A DNA stretch of 64,000 nt, from assembly GCF_009914755.1 (NCBI RefSeq), contig NC_060941.1. One strand, 5' to 3'. Made by a program: the position numbers and the translations under genes. This document shows, in pieces, positions 12,746 to 27,991 of this stretch; positions within the stretch are counted from its first letter, which is position 1, and the number at the start of each line of letters is the position of its first letter. Under the pieces are notes generated by a model. The model was not told where the DNA came from and did no database searches. It saw nothing but the letters and a program-made list of their open reading frames with translations. Source of the DNA: the human T2T-CHM13v2.0 reference genome, Homo sapiens.

Positions 12746-14541
12746 TATGATTAATCTTACTTTCTGGGACCCAGCCAGAGACTGACCCTGACCATGTGAG
12801 CAAGGAGTTTGGGAACAGCCAAATCACTCATCATCCTCCTTTAAGGAGGAAACCTCCCGCAGCAAGACGAGATTGCAACTGTAACTGAGTAAGTAGAAAC
12901 TTGTCATTGCATTGTGCCTGATGTCTACAGATATTTGGTCAGCAATGGAAACAGAAAGAATGGCTTTCCCAGAAGCAAATCTTGACGGCGCCTATCCTAG
13001 CTCTCTTACCCTGGAAGAGAGCATTTTGGCTAAGGAGATTGGACCATTCCTCCTTTCAAATCTCCTCAAGTGATGAGTGAAAGCCCTGCTTAATTAAGAT
13101 CTTGCTTAATTGCTACTAATAATCACAGTAACAGCTAATCTTTTATCATGTGTTTTCTAACTGCCATCCAGCATTAAGCACTTGATATACCACAGTGCAT
13201 TTTACCCAACAACAGCCCTATCAGGCAGGTATCATTTTTCTTCCCATTTCACAGAAGAGAAAATCGAGGCTCCAACTTACAGAAATTTGCACAACAGTTA
13301 AGAGTCAAAGCCCATATTTAGACCCGTACCTTTGTTGTGCCACCTGGCAAGGTGGGCATTCCATCCACCTGGCATTTCTCTGTGTAAACCACAGAGTAGC
13401 CTTCTGGCTTGTGTGCATCTGCTTCTTGTAGGTCTCTGTCAATGTGAATTGGCCTCAAAGGCACGACCTCTTGAGTGTAAGGACAAAATTTGGTTTCTGA
13501 GCCTAGCAAGTCATGGGCCAGGTCATGGGACCCAGCCAGCCCATGTGAGGCATGCATTTCTGTCCTTACCATATTTTGAGAGAGAGAAACAGAGGCTGTA
13601 TGTGGCCCACCCAGCAACAGCAGAACCAAAGTTGCCTGTGTCCTTCCTACTGCATCTCCCCAGGCACCTCAATGTCTAGGAAACCTCAGCCAAGGCTGTG
13701 ATGGCAGGGAGGGATTTAGGCAAAGCTGTGACCCCAGGTGAAGTAGGTCTTCCTGCATGCTCCTACAATGACAAGCGGTTCCCAAGCAGAATCAGAATTC
13801 CCTTCAAGCCATTGAGCCCCATCTCCTCCCACACAAGGGCAGACACATGTGGACTGCCAGCTGTCCTGACTAATTATCTCCCAAACAAAGGAGAGGTCTG
13901 CACGGGTGGGTGGGTGGGTAGTCAGTGCCTGGCTTCCTGGAATCCTTGTAGTCCCTTTAACACAAGATAAATTGTTGCCTCTGATTCAATTTCTTCCTCC
14001 CTCTCCCCCACCCTGCTCAGTTTCCTAAAACAATAAGAAAACACATTTCTCATCCCTGCATTTAATCCTTCAGACAGGGAGCAGGAGCTACACATCTGGT
14101 TCCCAGCATAAAATGAGGAGGGAGGGAGCCAGCCAGCCAGGGGCAGTGGGTGGGCCAGTGGACTCCAGGGAGGAACTCGGAAGGGAAGGCAGCTTGAGAA
14201 AAAATTCTTGGAAGAATAGGTCGCAGCTCTCTTTACTATGTCCTTAGTGAGTTAATTATTTGTTCATTCAACTAGTATCCATTGAGGCAGGCCTGCTCTA
14301 CATCAGGGAGACAGAAATGAGAAAGATACAGTCCAAGGTTCCCCATGCAGTAGGGGAGCCATACCTACGAACCACTAGCTGGATTACAGCATCACACAAA
14401 CTCTCAAGGGAGTGTTCTGGGTTCCAAGGGAAGAAGGATGTGGGAAGGCTTCACTCTGGCTATGAAAGGTTTTGCAGTAGATTAGGCATTTGTGCTAACC
14501 CTCAGAAATTTGTCAGGCAGATAACCTGGGGAGGAAAAATG

Positions 14542-14611
14542 TCATTTTAATAATGGCATTCTAACACTGCAATGGTTCATTTTAATAATGTCATTCTAAC
14601 ACTGCAATGGT
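14542..14611. repeat. Tandem duplication, 35 bp x2 (1 mismatch)
   Basis: tcattttaataatg(g/t)cattctaacactgcaatggt twice. Confidence 0.95.
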
Positions 14612-15148
14612 CCTTATGGTGAACATGTATACAGAGCTTTACCATTTGCTAAGTGCTGTTGCACACTTCATCTTATTTACACTCACATCACCCTCATAAA
14701 GCGGGGGTTGTTCTGTCATACCCATTCTGCAGATGAGGAAACAGAAGCCCAGGAGGTGAAAATGGCTTGCCTAGGTCTCCCCAGCCAGGCAATGGCAGAG
14801 CTGGAATTCAAACACAGGTTTGTCTGGCTCTAACATCTGTGTTCCTTCTATGCCTCTAGAGATGCCAGTTTGTTTCCCAGGAGAAGGGTGCTGCAGGAGA
14901 GGCAGCGAGGGTAGAGTGGGCGCAAGGTGGGGTGAAGGAGAGAAGATGGACAGATGGTGCTGGCTCCCTGAAGCCAGCCAGCCGCCACCCCCGGAGACCC
15001 CATCCAACATACACACATTGCCAGCGTGATGTTCTCACCTAGCCAGCAGCCATGGTGGGTAGTGCATGTGGGTAGTTTTCTGAAAAAAAGGATGTCTGGT
15101 CTGTTGGCTTGGATTGGTTCTATAATTATGGAATTACAGATACGTATA

Positions 15149-15554
15149 CAGACAGTCCTTCATTTACAATTTTTCTACTTTACGATCATGTGAAAGCAAT
15201 ACCCATTCAGTAGAAACCACACTTGGAATTTTGAATTTTGATCTTTTCCCAGGCTAGCGATATGCCGTACAATGTTCTCCAGCACTGCTGGGAACCATTC
15301 TGTTTTTCACTTTCAGTATAGTATTCAATAAATTACATGACATATTTGACACTTTATTATAAAATAAGCTTTGTGTTAGATGATTTTGCTTAACTATAGG
15401 CTACAGTAAGTGCTCTGAACATGTTTAAGGCAGGCTAGGCTTAGCTATGATGTTAGGTAGGTTAGGTGTATTAAATGCATTTTCCACTTAGGACACCTTC
15501 CATTTATGATGGGTTTATCAAAGCACAGCCCCATCAAAGTTGAGGAGCCATCTG
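15149..15554 (-). mobile_element. MER47-family (TcMar-Tigger) DNA transposon
   Basis: Terminal inverted-repeat-like ends cagacagtcc...gaggagccatctg; internal ggctaggcttagctatgatgttaggtaggttaggtgtattaaatgcattt. Confidence 0.75.
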
Positions 15555-15556
15555 TC

Positions 15557-15605
15557 TGCGTGTGTGTGCGTGTGTGTGCACGCGCATGTGCATGTGTGTG
15601 TGTGT
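15557..15605. repeat. Imperfect (TG)n microsatellite
   Basis: Directly visible. Confidence 0.9.
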
Positions 15606-16944
15606 AATCCACTGCTATGTTGAAAATGGATTGAAGGAACAAGAATATGACTTTTTGCAGCACTTACAAAGTGTCACAGGCCATGCTATGTTATCCATCT
15701 CATCAGTTGCTCTTGACAACCCTGTCCAGGGATATACTAACATACTACAATCTCCACCATACAGACAAGGAAACTGAGTGTCAGAAAGGAAAAGCTACTT
15801 GCCCCAAGTCTCTGACCTGCCCCTGAGCCAATGCTCTTTCCTCTGCACCATAAATGTCAGAAAAAAAGCAACCAAAGATCCTCAGGACCCCAGGAGTCTG
15901 AGGGCCACTGTGTAGCATCCTCCTTTGTCCCCAGGGGCCTCCAGAGAGTCCCCTCCCCTTCATTTTAAGACGATCAGTGTCAACAATGGTAATTATTAGT
16001 GCTAACATTTATTTATCAGAGCATGTCCCTAGGAATGCTGACCACAAAGTTAAACCAAACCCCAAGAGAGAACCAGATTTCCAAAGGATGCCATCTCTAC
16101 ATCTAGGGAAGTGTGACTCTAAGAAAGAGAAAGAATATAAACAGAATTGTAGTATGCCCTGAGAGCTGAAGTTTTTTGGAGCCTGGAAACAGAAGGATAT
16201 TCAAATATCCCAAGAAGCCAACAAATGCAAAATCCATTCGTGTGCTGTGGTGGTCTAGGAGGGGGCTGCCAATCTCTGTGAGTTGACTAAAGAACTGAGA
16301 ATATTGGGGCGTGGATTGTGCATGAACACCACCTTTTTTTTTTTATGGAGTCCCTGACAAAGAGCATCTAAAAAAGGAGCTTAGTGGCTTCCATAAATGC
16401 CACTGATAAGAATCCAGCCGACATTGTGGTCAATAATTCTGATTACTATGCAACTTCAATTGTCTGAGAAGGTGACCCCCAAAACTACTTGGGAAGGTAT
16501 AATTATCTCCTTAGTGGTAAGGCTCTTTCATCCTTAAATATAGAAATATTTTAGATTCTCAAACCCACAGGATGAATATTTTTAGATGTGAAAGAGTCTG
16601 AGAGTATTTGGTACCTTAAGTGTGTATAATGTTTGAGAATTTGGCCTACTTGAATATTGGTCAGCCTTTAATTCCAATCTAAAATATAATTTTACAATTG
16701 AGTTAGATTTGTGATTTTTAGTTAAAAAATCATATTAACTTTATACATGCTTAAGTTTCTCTTAGATTTGTAAGAATTACTTGGAAAAAAAGTAGTCAGT
16801 TGGGTTAGTATAGTGTTTAAAAATGAAATATATTAAATTTATAAAATGATATTTTAAATATGTGAAGGTATTTTATTAAGTTTGTAAATGGAACAGACGC
16901 CATCCAAACGCCCCTTTAAAATTACTGCTAAAATTTAGTTAATC

Positions 16945-17250
<306 letters not shown>

Positions 17251-17786
17251 TAAATCGAACTGGGTAAGGAAAAACTAGATTTTTATACAATGTATAACTT
17301 TAATAAATTAGACATTCCTTCCAAAAGCCAAAGCAACTTCTAAAATTTTTTTCTGTGCTTAAAAACTGTCTTTGAGGACTGAAAATACCTCACCCCGACA
17401 CAGAGCACTTCCTACATGCTCAGAGCCAATGCTTTAAATGAATGATCTCATTTAATCCTTACATCAATGCTATAAAGTCGGTACTGCTATTATCTCCATC
17501 TTCTGGGGCTGAACACTGGAGCCAACGTTCTGAACTGAGACAGTAGGAATTTTAGAGTTATCTGTCTTAATCCCTGGTACACCATATAAGTACCCCTCGA
17601 TGGGGCTGGCTTAGAACATTATTGAAACAGCCTGGTGGCTGGCCTCTTCTTCCTGTGTTCATTAGTGTTTGGGCCACAGCTCCTGTCCTCATCTCTGGAC
17701 TTATCTCCACAGCTTTGCTACTCACTGTGTGGTCCAAGAACTCAAAACATGGGTGTCACCTGGGAGTTTATTAGAAATGCAGGGTC

Positions 17787-18383
<597 letters not shown>

Positions 18384-18629
18384 AGAAATGCAGAGATGCA
18401 GAGTCTTGGCCCTACCCCAGCCTTTCTGAATGAGAATCTGCATTCACAGGAGGCCCAGGTGATGTGGCTGCCACCAGAGTGTGAGAAGCCCTGCTCTGCA
18501 GTGCTACTTTGGATCAATCTCACCTGACCAGGCAAAACAAGTTGCTGAACTGCTGCTCCAATGTCCCTCCTCCCAGAAGACCCCTGGCCTCCTGGGAGCA
18601 AATACAGTGTCAATAAGAGGGGTGGCAGA

Positions 18630-19278
18630 CGCCCCGTCCGGGAGGGAGGTGGGGGGTCAGCCCCCGCCCGGCCGCTGCCCCATCCGGGAGGTGGGGGGCA
18701 CCGCTGCCCGGCCGCCCCTTCTGGGAAGTGAGGAGCCCCTCTGCCCGGCCACCACCCCGTCTGGGAGGTGTACCCAACAGCTCATTGAGAACGGGCCATG
18801 ATGACAATGGCGGTTTTGTGGAATAGAAAAGGGGGAAAGGTGGGGAAAAGATTGAGAAATCGGATGGTTGCTGTGTCTGTGTAGAAAGAAGTAGACATGG
18901 GAGACTTTTCATTTTGTTCTGTACTAAGAAAAATTCTTCTGCCTTGGGATCCTGTTGATCTATGACCTTACCCCCAACCCTGTGCTCTCTGAAACATGTG
19001 CTGTGTCCACTCAGGGTTAAATGGATTAAGGGTGGTGCAAGATGTGCTTTGTTAAACAGATGCTTGAAGGCAGCATGCTAGTTAAGAGTCATCACCACTC
19101 CCTAATCTCAAGTACCCAGGGACACAAACACTGCGGAAGGCCGCAGAGTCCTCTGCCTAGGAAAACCAGAGACCTTTGTTCACTTGTTTATCTGCTGACC
19201 TTCCCTCCACTATTGTCCTATGACCCTGCCAAATCCCCCTCTGCGAGAAACACCCAAGAATGATCAAGAAAAAAAAAA
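18630..19278 (+). mobile_element. 5'-truncated SVA (end of VNTR + SINE-R + poly-A)
   Basis: VNTR units (cgccccgtccgggagggaggtggggggtcagccccc), SINE-R (cagctcattgagaacgggccatgatgac...gagaaacacccaagaatgatcaa), A tail; perfect 15-bp TSD aagaggggtggcaga at 18615-18629 and 19279-19293. Confidence 0.95.
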
Positions 19279-22252
19279 AAGAGGGGTGGCAGAGAACCAC
19301 CTGGCCCAGCCCTTAGTATGAGGCTCCTCTACAATGAAGTTTTTCCAAAATCAGCTACTGGGAAAGGTAAATTTTGTTGAACTGCCCAAGGACACACTAA
19401 TCTTTAATTATCCTGTTAATGTCTGTCTCCCCCCAGGTAGCCATTACACAGGCAGTTACCACGATGCCCTGGCTTTAAACAGCTTGCAGATTTCCTGACA
19501 GTATTAATGGAAGTTTTGCAAATTGATTTGGGGAGATTAGATGGAGGGAGGCTGCCATGACTTAACATGAAGCCCATTCTAATTGGCTCAGATCCTCCTG
19601 TCTTTGATCCCTGGCCAGGGCAAAAGGAAAGAACAGGAGTCAGGGGACCCAGGTTCCAGGCCTGGCTCTCCTGAAGGAAACTTGTGACCTTGGGCCTGCC
19701 ACTTCTCACCGTGCCTCTTCCTTAAAATGACTGGGTTGGACTAATGTAGACTCATTAAGTGGTCTCTCCTTTCATGATTTCTCTGATTTCTATGAATTAG
19801 AGGCTGGCAGAATGGCTCACCTTAGAGGAACAAGCTTCCTTCCTTCCTTCTTTCCTTCATCCATTTATTCACTCACCTCTTCACTCCATACATATGATTG
19901 AGGATCTATATGAGGCTCTGCAGGAGGCACCAGGAACAGAGATGAATTAGCTGCTTCTGGCTGGCAATAAAGACATGCTCAGGAAAATCAAAGGCAAGCA
20001 GTGCCCACCATGGACTGGGCTAGGTTGGCATTCTGGGTTCAGGGTATACTGTCCCTGCCTCCACCATCGCCTCTGCTCCAAAAAGACCCAGAGGAGGGGA
20101 GAACCGGAAGAGAAGTGTGATGGGAGAATTGGCCTTGGTGCCAGAGGCCTGGATGCTGGAACCAGCTCTGGCTTGAATCGCTGTGTGATCTGGAGCCACC
20201 TTCTGTTTCTAACCATCAGTTTCCTTCCCTGAAAATGGGGAAGTGGGGATGATAATTCTTATTCTGCCTCACTGCAGGGTAGTCAAAAAGAGCGTAATTA
20301 GTGAGCCCCAGGGCCTTTTGTATATGGATTGGGGGAGAAGGGCTACCATCTTTTCCATTGCCAGGGAGCTGCCCTGTCTGTCTCCAAGGAATCCAGCCAC
20401 GAGACAGAGTACCCACAGGCCAGGCCCTGGGCTGAAATTTCCACCACACCCAGCCCCCATCTCATAAGTGACAGTGACCTCAAACTTTTAAAATATTCCC
20501 AGGGAGACAGGCAGGACAAGAACAATGGGGAATGGTCCTAGAGCCGAGGAAAGCAGAGTGACAGCCAGGAGAAAGGCCCGGGGTCTGTCCTGCTCCCCAC
20601 AGAGGGCCCTTGGTGGGGGGCCCGGACCCTCGAGCACATCCCCAACACTAAACCATCCCATTGCTGAGAGCCAGGGGCCCATCTGGACTCTAGTAACCCA
20701 GGGAGGTGAAGTAGCTCACTTGGGGAAGTGCCCCTGGTCCCACACCCAGTGGGGGCAGAGTTAGGATTCTCAGAGTTAGGGGCCCTCTGGCTCCCCCCAT
20801 GCACAAGGTGTGCTCCTCTAAGCTGGGCCCTTCTATGTTTCTGTCCTTATCTTTCTAGCAGCCAGCATCTACGTCTCAGCTCCTCCCTCCCGCTATCCGC
20901 CAGAGGCTGGAGTGCCTTCACTCCAGCAAGCTGGCAAAACCACATGCCTCCTCCTAAATTCTGCCAACACCACGGTCCCCAACTCCAGAGCTTCTGCTGG
21001 CTCTGGGCTCATCATACTCACCTCTCCACCATCACTGCCAACAGCAGCAAGAAGGGTTTATGGGGCTGGGTTTTATTCGAAAAATATGTTTTCAATTAAA
21101 GTTGAGAAGTATGAGAGAATGCTGCCTTAGGCAGGCAGCCCCTCTCTGAGGCTTCCTTAAACAGACGGTTTGTAGCATTTTTAATTAATGAGAGGTGGTA
21201 CAGATGGGGGCCCTTAATAGCCTGCAGCAAAATGTGGAGGCTGGGGAGGGGAGGGAGGTGACACTAAGCAGGCTCTGGGCCAGGGAGGGAGCCCAGCCCT
21301 TCAGCCCTGTCTCCTCCACACTGGCCTCCCTGGCGGCCTTGAGAAGAAGACCGCGCACCCTGGATTCTCTCTCCCCTGCACCCGCATGCGAGAAACGAGG
21401 GAGGTGGAAACATGCTGCTGTGCACAAATCAAACGGTCCTGAAGGGTGTTTGCAGACCTTGCTTTAAGAATCTCACACCCCTCTATCCCCAGATCTCTAC
21501 CTTGAGCAAGCCTTAGTATCCTCGTGGGCAAGACAGGATTGGGGAATCCTAAACCTCCAGGCTTGAAAGGATTACAAAGTCCATGTAATTCAACCCAGGC
21601 ACTTGCATAGCTACCAAAACTCTCCTGCCAAGAGGTGGCCTGGTCTCCGAGGCCAGGGTCCTCATTACTTCCCAGAGTCATTCCAAAGCCAGTGTTACCT
21701 GCGGTCAACTCTTGTTAGAAAACAAGGGGAACTCTGCCTCCCTGAGTTAATTATTATATTTGTGAAGATTAAGAGAAGACAATGTATATGGAGTTGCTTT
21801 GAACACTGACTGAAGCTATTTTTAATTATTGAAGCAGAGGATCTGGAGCCAAGAGAGGAGAATGTAGGAGTCCGCTAAGACAGGGGCTCCACACAGCATC
21901 CCAACCTTGGCTGTGGAAGCCCACTGCAACCAGCCTCCCCGACCCTATCCCACCCTAGAGTCTGTCCACACCTCCTGGAGTATTTGCTCATCCCTCAAAA
22001 AGAAAGCATGGCCAGAGATGGAGTACGTAGGTCAGCCTTAACCATTTACTCAATCAGTAAAATTCCCCAGACGTGCCAGGGAGAAATCCACTGGGAACAG
22101 AGAGCATCTTCCAATCTGATTTGGGGGGAGATGAACAATGAACAAATCCAGGATTTTATTTAATAGTGATGACTGTTCCAAATAAAATAAAGCAGAAGAT
22201 ACAGAACATGGCAGGAGATGGAGCTGTTTTTTTAAAAAAGAAAGGGTAACTA

Positions 22253-22622
<370 letters not shown>

Positions 22623-23074
22623 GTCAGGGAAAGTTCCCAAGACAGAAACAAGCTTGACAGGAGGAACAGCAGGAGGGCCAGTGTGGCTGGAGAGAGTTGG
22701 GAGGGTAAGAGATGATGAGGCTGGAGAGGCAGGTGTGGGGCCTCTTAGGCCATTGTGATGGGTGGGAATGGGGATACGGGAGAGCCTTCCTGGCAGAAGC
22801 CTTCCTCCCATTCCTGCCACAGAAACACCCGCCTCCCAGGCCCATGCTCTGCTGCTGCTTAAGGTTTGGTGAGGACATGGAGGTGACAAATATTTGTCAT
22901 CCACTGAGGCATCCCAGAAGTGGGATGGTGAGGAAGGGCTCACTAGATGGCTGTGGCGAGGGAGAAAGAAGTGGTTCATTACTCATGGGAGACAAGAGAA
23001 TATGGATTTCTGTGGAGAAGGGAAAAGATTGTAAAATTTAGACAAAGCAGACAGAGAGAAGGGAAGATGCCAAG

Positions 23075-23305
23075 TAACAATAATAATAGCAGCTAACACT
23101 ATGCACCAGGCACTGCTCTTAAAACTTTATTTGAAGTCCCTTCATCTTCCCAACCCTGTGTGGTGGATACTGTTATAATCTCCATTTTATAGATGAGGAA
23201 GCTGAGGTACAGAGAAGTTAAGTGACTTACCCAAAGAGTCAACCAGTTAAGTGGCAGAGCTGGGATTTGAACCAGGTAGGCTGGCTTCAGAGTCTGTGTT
23301 CCTAA
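23075..23305. mobile_element. MIR
   Basis: ctccattttatagatgaggaagctgaggtacagagaagttaagtgacttacccaa. Confidence 0.75.
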
Positions 23306-23420
23306 TTATTAGGATGCACAGGACAGGAGCCTGGACAAAGATGGCTTGAAGAGAAGCAGATAGAGCAAGGGGTAGGTGAGAAGGCTCAGGGGACAAATGT
23401 TGCCTTTCATACTATTTTCT

Positions 23421-23754
23421 TTCCTTTTTTTCTTTTTCTTTCTTTCTTTTTTTTTTTTTTTTTTTTTTTGAGACAGAATCTCACTGTGTTGCCTATGCTG
23501 GATGGAGTGCCAATGGTGCCACCTCAGCTCACCGCAACTTCTGCCTCCCAGGTTCAAGCGATTCTCCTGCCTAAGCCTCTCAAGTAGCTGGGATTACAGG
23601 GGCACGCCACCTCATCTGGCTCATTTTTATATTTTTAGTAGAGATGGGTTTCACCATGTTGGCCAGGTTGGTCTCAAACTCCTGACCTCAGGTGATCCAC
23701 CTGCCTCAGCCTCCCAAAGTGCTGGGATACAGGGGTGAGCCACTGCGCCCAGCC
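23421..23754 (-). mobile_element. Alu (AluS-like)
   Basis: T-rich tail then reverse Alu. Confidence 0.9.
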
Positions 23755-24478
23755 TATTTTCTCCCCATAAAATTCAATGGTGATGCTATCCATTTGGTGC
23801 TTGGGAAGTTGACACAGTGCCTTTCTATCTGATCCTTTCAACGACTCTGTAGAGTAGGTATTATCATCATCAATTTATAGATGAGGACATTGAGATTCAA
23901 GAAGTTAAGTAACCTTACTAGGGATGGCAAAGACAAGATTCAAATACAAGGTTTGTCTGTCTCTCCTTCCCATGCTCTTTTATTCATTCAAAAGGCACTT
24001 ATAGGTACCTGTTTAGTGGCAGGCAGTGAGCTAAAAGTATTTGAACATGGGAAAGACACTGCCCTTGGAAGGATCCCTTGGTGGTGCCCCTCTCACTTGC
24101 ACCCTACACACAGACCCATAAGGAACAGTCATCTTACTCTTGGCTGAAGCACATGAGCAGGGGTGAGGTGGGTAGGGGCAAGGGAGCATTCATGAGATCC
24201 TACTGTGTGCTTGGCATTTTTCTTGCATTCCATCACTGACCCCTTCCATTAGCTCAGCAGGGTAGATGAGGCTGAGGCTGCTTTACCTGTCTGGCGTCCT
24301 TCTTCCTACCTTCTCAGCATGAGAACCCTGGTTTTTTTGCCAATGAGCCTAACTAAAGACTACATTTTAAAGCCTCTGTTGCAATTAGGTGTAGCCATAG
24401 GGCTAAGTTCTGGATAATGAAATGTCAGAGGAAGTCATTGTGTGAGACTTCTAGAAAAGCTTCTTAAAAGGAAGTGAA

Positions 24479-24780
24479 GGCCGGGTGTGGTGGCTTACGC
24501 CTGTAATCCCAGCACTTTGGGAGGCCTAGGTGGGCAGGATCACCTGAGGTCAGGAGTTCCAGACCAGCCTGACCAACAAGGTGAAACCCTGTCTCTTCTA
24601 AAAATACAAAAATTACCCGGGCGTGGTGGAGTGCACTTGTAATCTCAGGTACTCAGGAGGCTGAGGCGAATTGCTTTGAACCCAGGAGGTGGAGGTTTCA
24701 GTGAGCCAAGATCACGCCACTGCACTCCAGCCTGGGTGACAGAGCAAGATTCTGTCCCCCTGCAAAAAAAAAAAAAAAAA
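24479..24780 (+). mobile_element. Alu (AluS-like)
   Basis: TSD aaaaggaagtga on both sides. Confidence 0.9.
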
Positions 24781-24984
24781 AAGGAAGTGAGACTGCTGAG
24801 GTGGGCCCTTTCTATTCTGTTATAATGGCTGAAGGTCCAACAGACATTGCAGATCATTAAGGCAACTCTGAGGATGAAAATTATGTGCCCGGAAGAGTGG
24901 AACAAAACAATTAGAAGCCTGGGCCTCAAATAATAGTGAGAAACCACTATACATAAATCCTGATTTCCCTGTCTCTGAACATGA

Positions 24985-25321
<337 letters not shown>

Positions 25322-25859
25322 TAATATCATTCCTGATCTCAACTTCAGGCAGCCCAATGCATGTCTTGACTTATACAGTAGCTTTACCATCATTCCCATT
25401 TGGAAACAGGCTGACAGGTTGCCCAAAATCCAACAGTTAAGAAGTGTGATTCAAACTTGAATCTTTCTGGTTCCAAAAGCTATACTCCTCCAATCCTTCT
25501 GGTAACAGCCCTTGGGAAAATTCACTCTCTTTAACTCATGAGAAGGCACAAACACTACAGTAGAGTTTAGAACAGCTGAAAACCTTTACATCCCCTGCTC
25601 TTGTCTCAGAGATGCACATCAGAGCAGACTGTCTTACACCTTACCTATGCACTCTAGTAGGTAAGTTAACCATATACCAGACAGAAGGGAGATTTTTAAT
25701 TTCCCAGTTAACATCTCCTCTGCCTCCAAATTCCAAGTTGCCAGACTCTTTCAGGGATCCCATAGAAAATGCTATAAACTCACTCTCATGCAAACTTGAC
25801 AACATGCTCTTTTCTCAGGAATACTTATATTTATGAATTCCTTAGAATTTTCTAGACAC

Positions 25860-26335
25860 TGGATCATGTTGTCTGAAAATAATTTCCCATTCTTGCCTAA
25901 TGGCACTAGCTAAAACCTCTAGTACTATGTTGAAGAAGTAAGAGTGGGCAGCCTTCCTTTGTTCCTGATCTTAGGTAGAATGCATTCAGGCTTTCACCCT
26001 GAACTATGATGTTTTCTGTAGGTTTTTTGTAGATGCCTTTTATCAGGTTAAGGAAGTTTCCTTTATTCTAAGTTTGAGTTTTTATCATAGATTTTGTAAA
26101 GAATTTTTGTGTGTATATTGAGATAATTGTGTAGTTTTATCCTTTATTCTACTAATTTGGTATATTATATTAATTGATTTTTGGATATTAAACCAACCTT
26201 GCATCCCTGGGATAAATCCCACTTGGTCATATTATATAATCTTTTTTATATGATGCTGGATTTAGTTTGCTCATATTTCATTAAAGAATTTTGTTCACAT
26301 ATTGTTCTGTAGTGTTCTTTTCTTTGATATCAGGA
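25860..26335 (-). mobile_element. L1M ORF2 fragment
   Basis: gttcctgatcttagg...aaccaaccttgcatccctgggataaatcccacttggtcat. Confidence 0.75.
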
Positions 26336-26342
26336 ATACTTG

Positions 26343-26856
26343 CTGTGTCAGAAGCCCACAAGACCACTTCTGGGTTCAGTGGATCAGAACTCAGCATGTA
26401 GTTATACTTATGGCCATAGTTTATTACAGAGAAATGATACAAAGCAAAATCAGCAAATTATCCCATCTGGCACATGGGATGAGTCCAGAGGAAAGTTAAG
26501 TGCAAATTTCCAAGGTCCTCTCTCGTGGAGTCAGGCAAGATGTTCTTAATTTTTCCAGCAACAAATTGACAATGTGTAAAATGTTGCCAACCAGGAAAGC
26601 ACATTAGAAACCCAGAGTCCAGGATCTTTTTTAGAAGCTGATTATATAGGAACTACATGCCTACATACCCAAATGTACCCAAAATTCCAGACTTCCAAAA
26701 GGAAAGCAGGTATTCAGTATAAATAATACTGACAGTCTGAACATAGGGTAGTGAGAACACTCCCAAATCCAAATTCCCAGATATCAACCAAGGACCAACC
26801 TTGAAAGCAGGCCTTTCAAAGGATAAAACCTGGGCCTGCTATAACTCTTTTCTACA
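26343..26856. mobile_element. MER21-like LTR
   Basis: gatacaaagcaaaatcagcaaa...ccaaaattccagacttccaaaaggaaagcagg resembles MER21. Confidence 0.55.
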
Positions 26857-27671
26857 TACTTGCTTTTAAAACAAAAACCCAGACCAAAAGAAATACTAAT
26901 GTTGGAATTTTAGCCACAGGAGGTAGGAAGTTTGAATGTCGGGACATTCTTGGTACCTTCAAACTATAGTCCCTTAGCTTACCCCCATATGGGTGTAAGG
27001 TTAAGCCTGCATCTCTAGAAAGTTTAATGTGATAATAATAAAGCAACAGAAAAGGGATCTCACTTCATGTCACGCAGTGCTTAGGCAGAAATATTTTTCC
27101 TGAACTGTAGGAAAAATGGCTTTATAGGCCTTGTGGCCTTTTGGCAACATTAGGCCCCCCAAACTGCACATCTCATCAGTCACAGTTCTGGGGCAGAGAT
27201 TGAAAGAATGCCAAAGGGGGAAACAGGAAAGCACACACGTATTTGGCAAACCCCTGTGGCACACTCACCAATCTGCCTCCAGGCAGCAGGATCCTGGTCC
27301 CACAGCCAAAGTAGTGTTGACACTTCTCCACTGCTAGAGGCAAAAGTTTGCAGAGTTATTGTCATTAGTTGATTTTGCTCTATTTATGTAACAAACTGCA
27401 TGCCCAATGCATACTGATGCATAACTATTGATCATAATAAAAATAATGGTAGCTAAGCAGTCGTTAAGTACAAAGTATGGCTCAAGCACTATGTATAGCA
27501 ATCAACACATACTGACTTATCCTCACAACAATCCTGTAAGATAGGTAAAATATTATAATCCATTTATAGATGAGAAAACTGAGGTTAGGTGACTAGCCCC
27601 ATGTCAAACAGCTGATAGATGGTAGAGGTGGAATATGGTTCCACACACTATGGTTCCAGAGCTAACATTCT

Positions 27672-27991
<320 letters not shown>

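Noticed and set aside
18630-18770. CpG-rich patch resembling a CpG-island promoter
   Set aside because: It is the SVA VNTR remnant.
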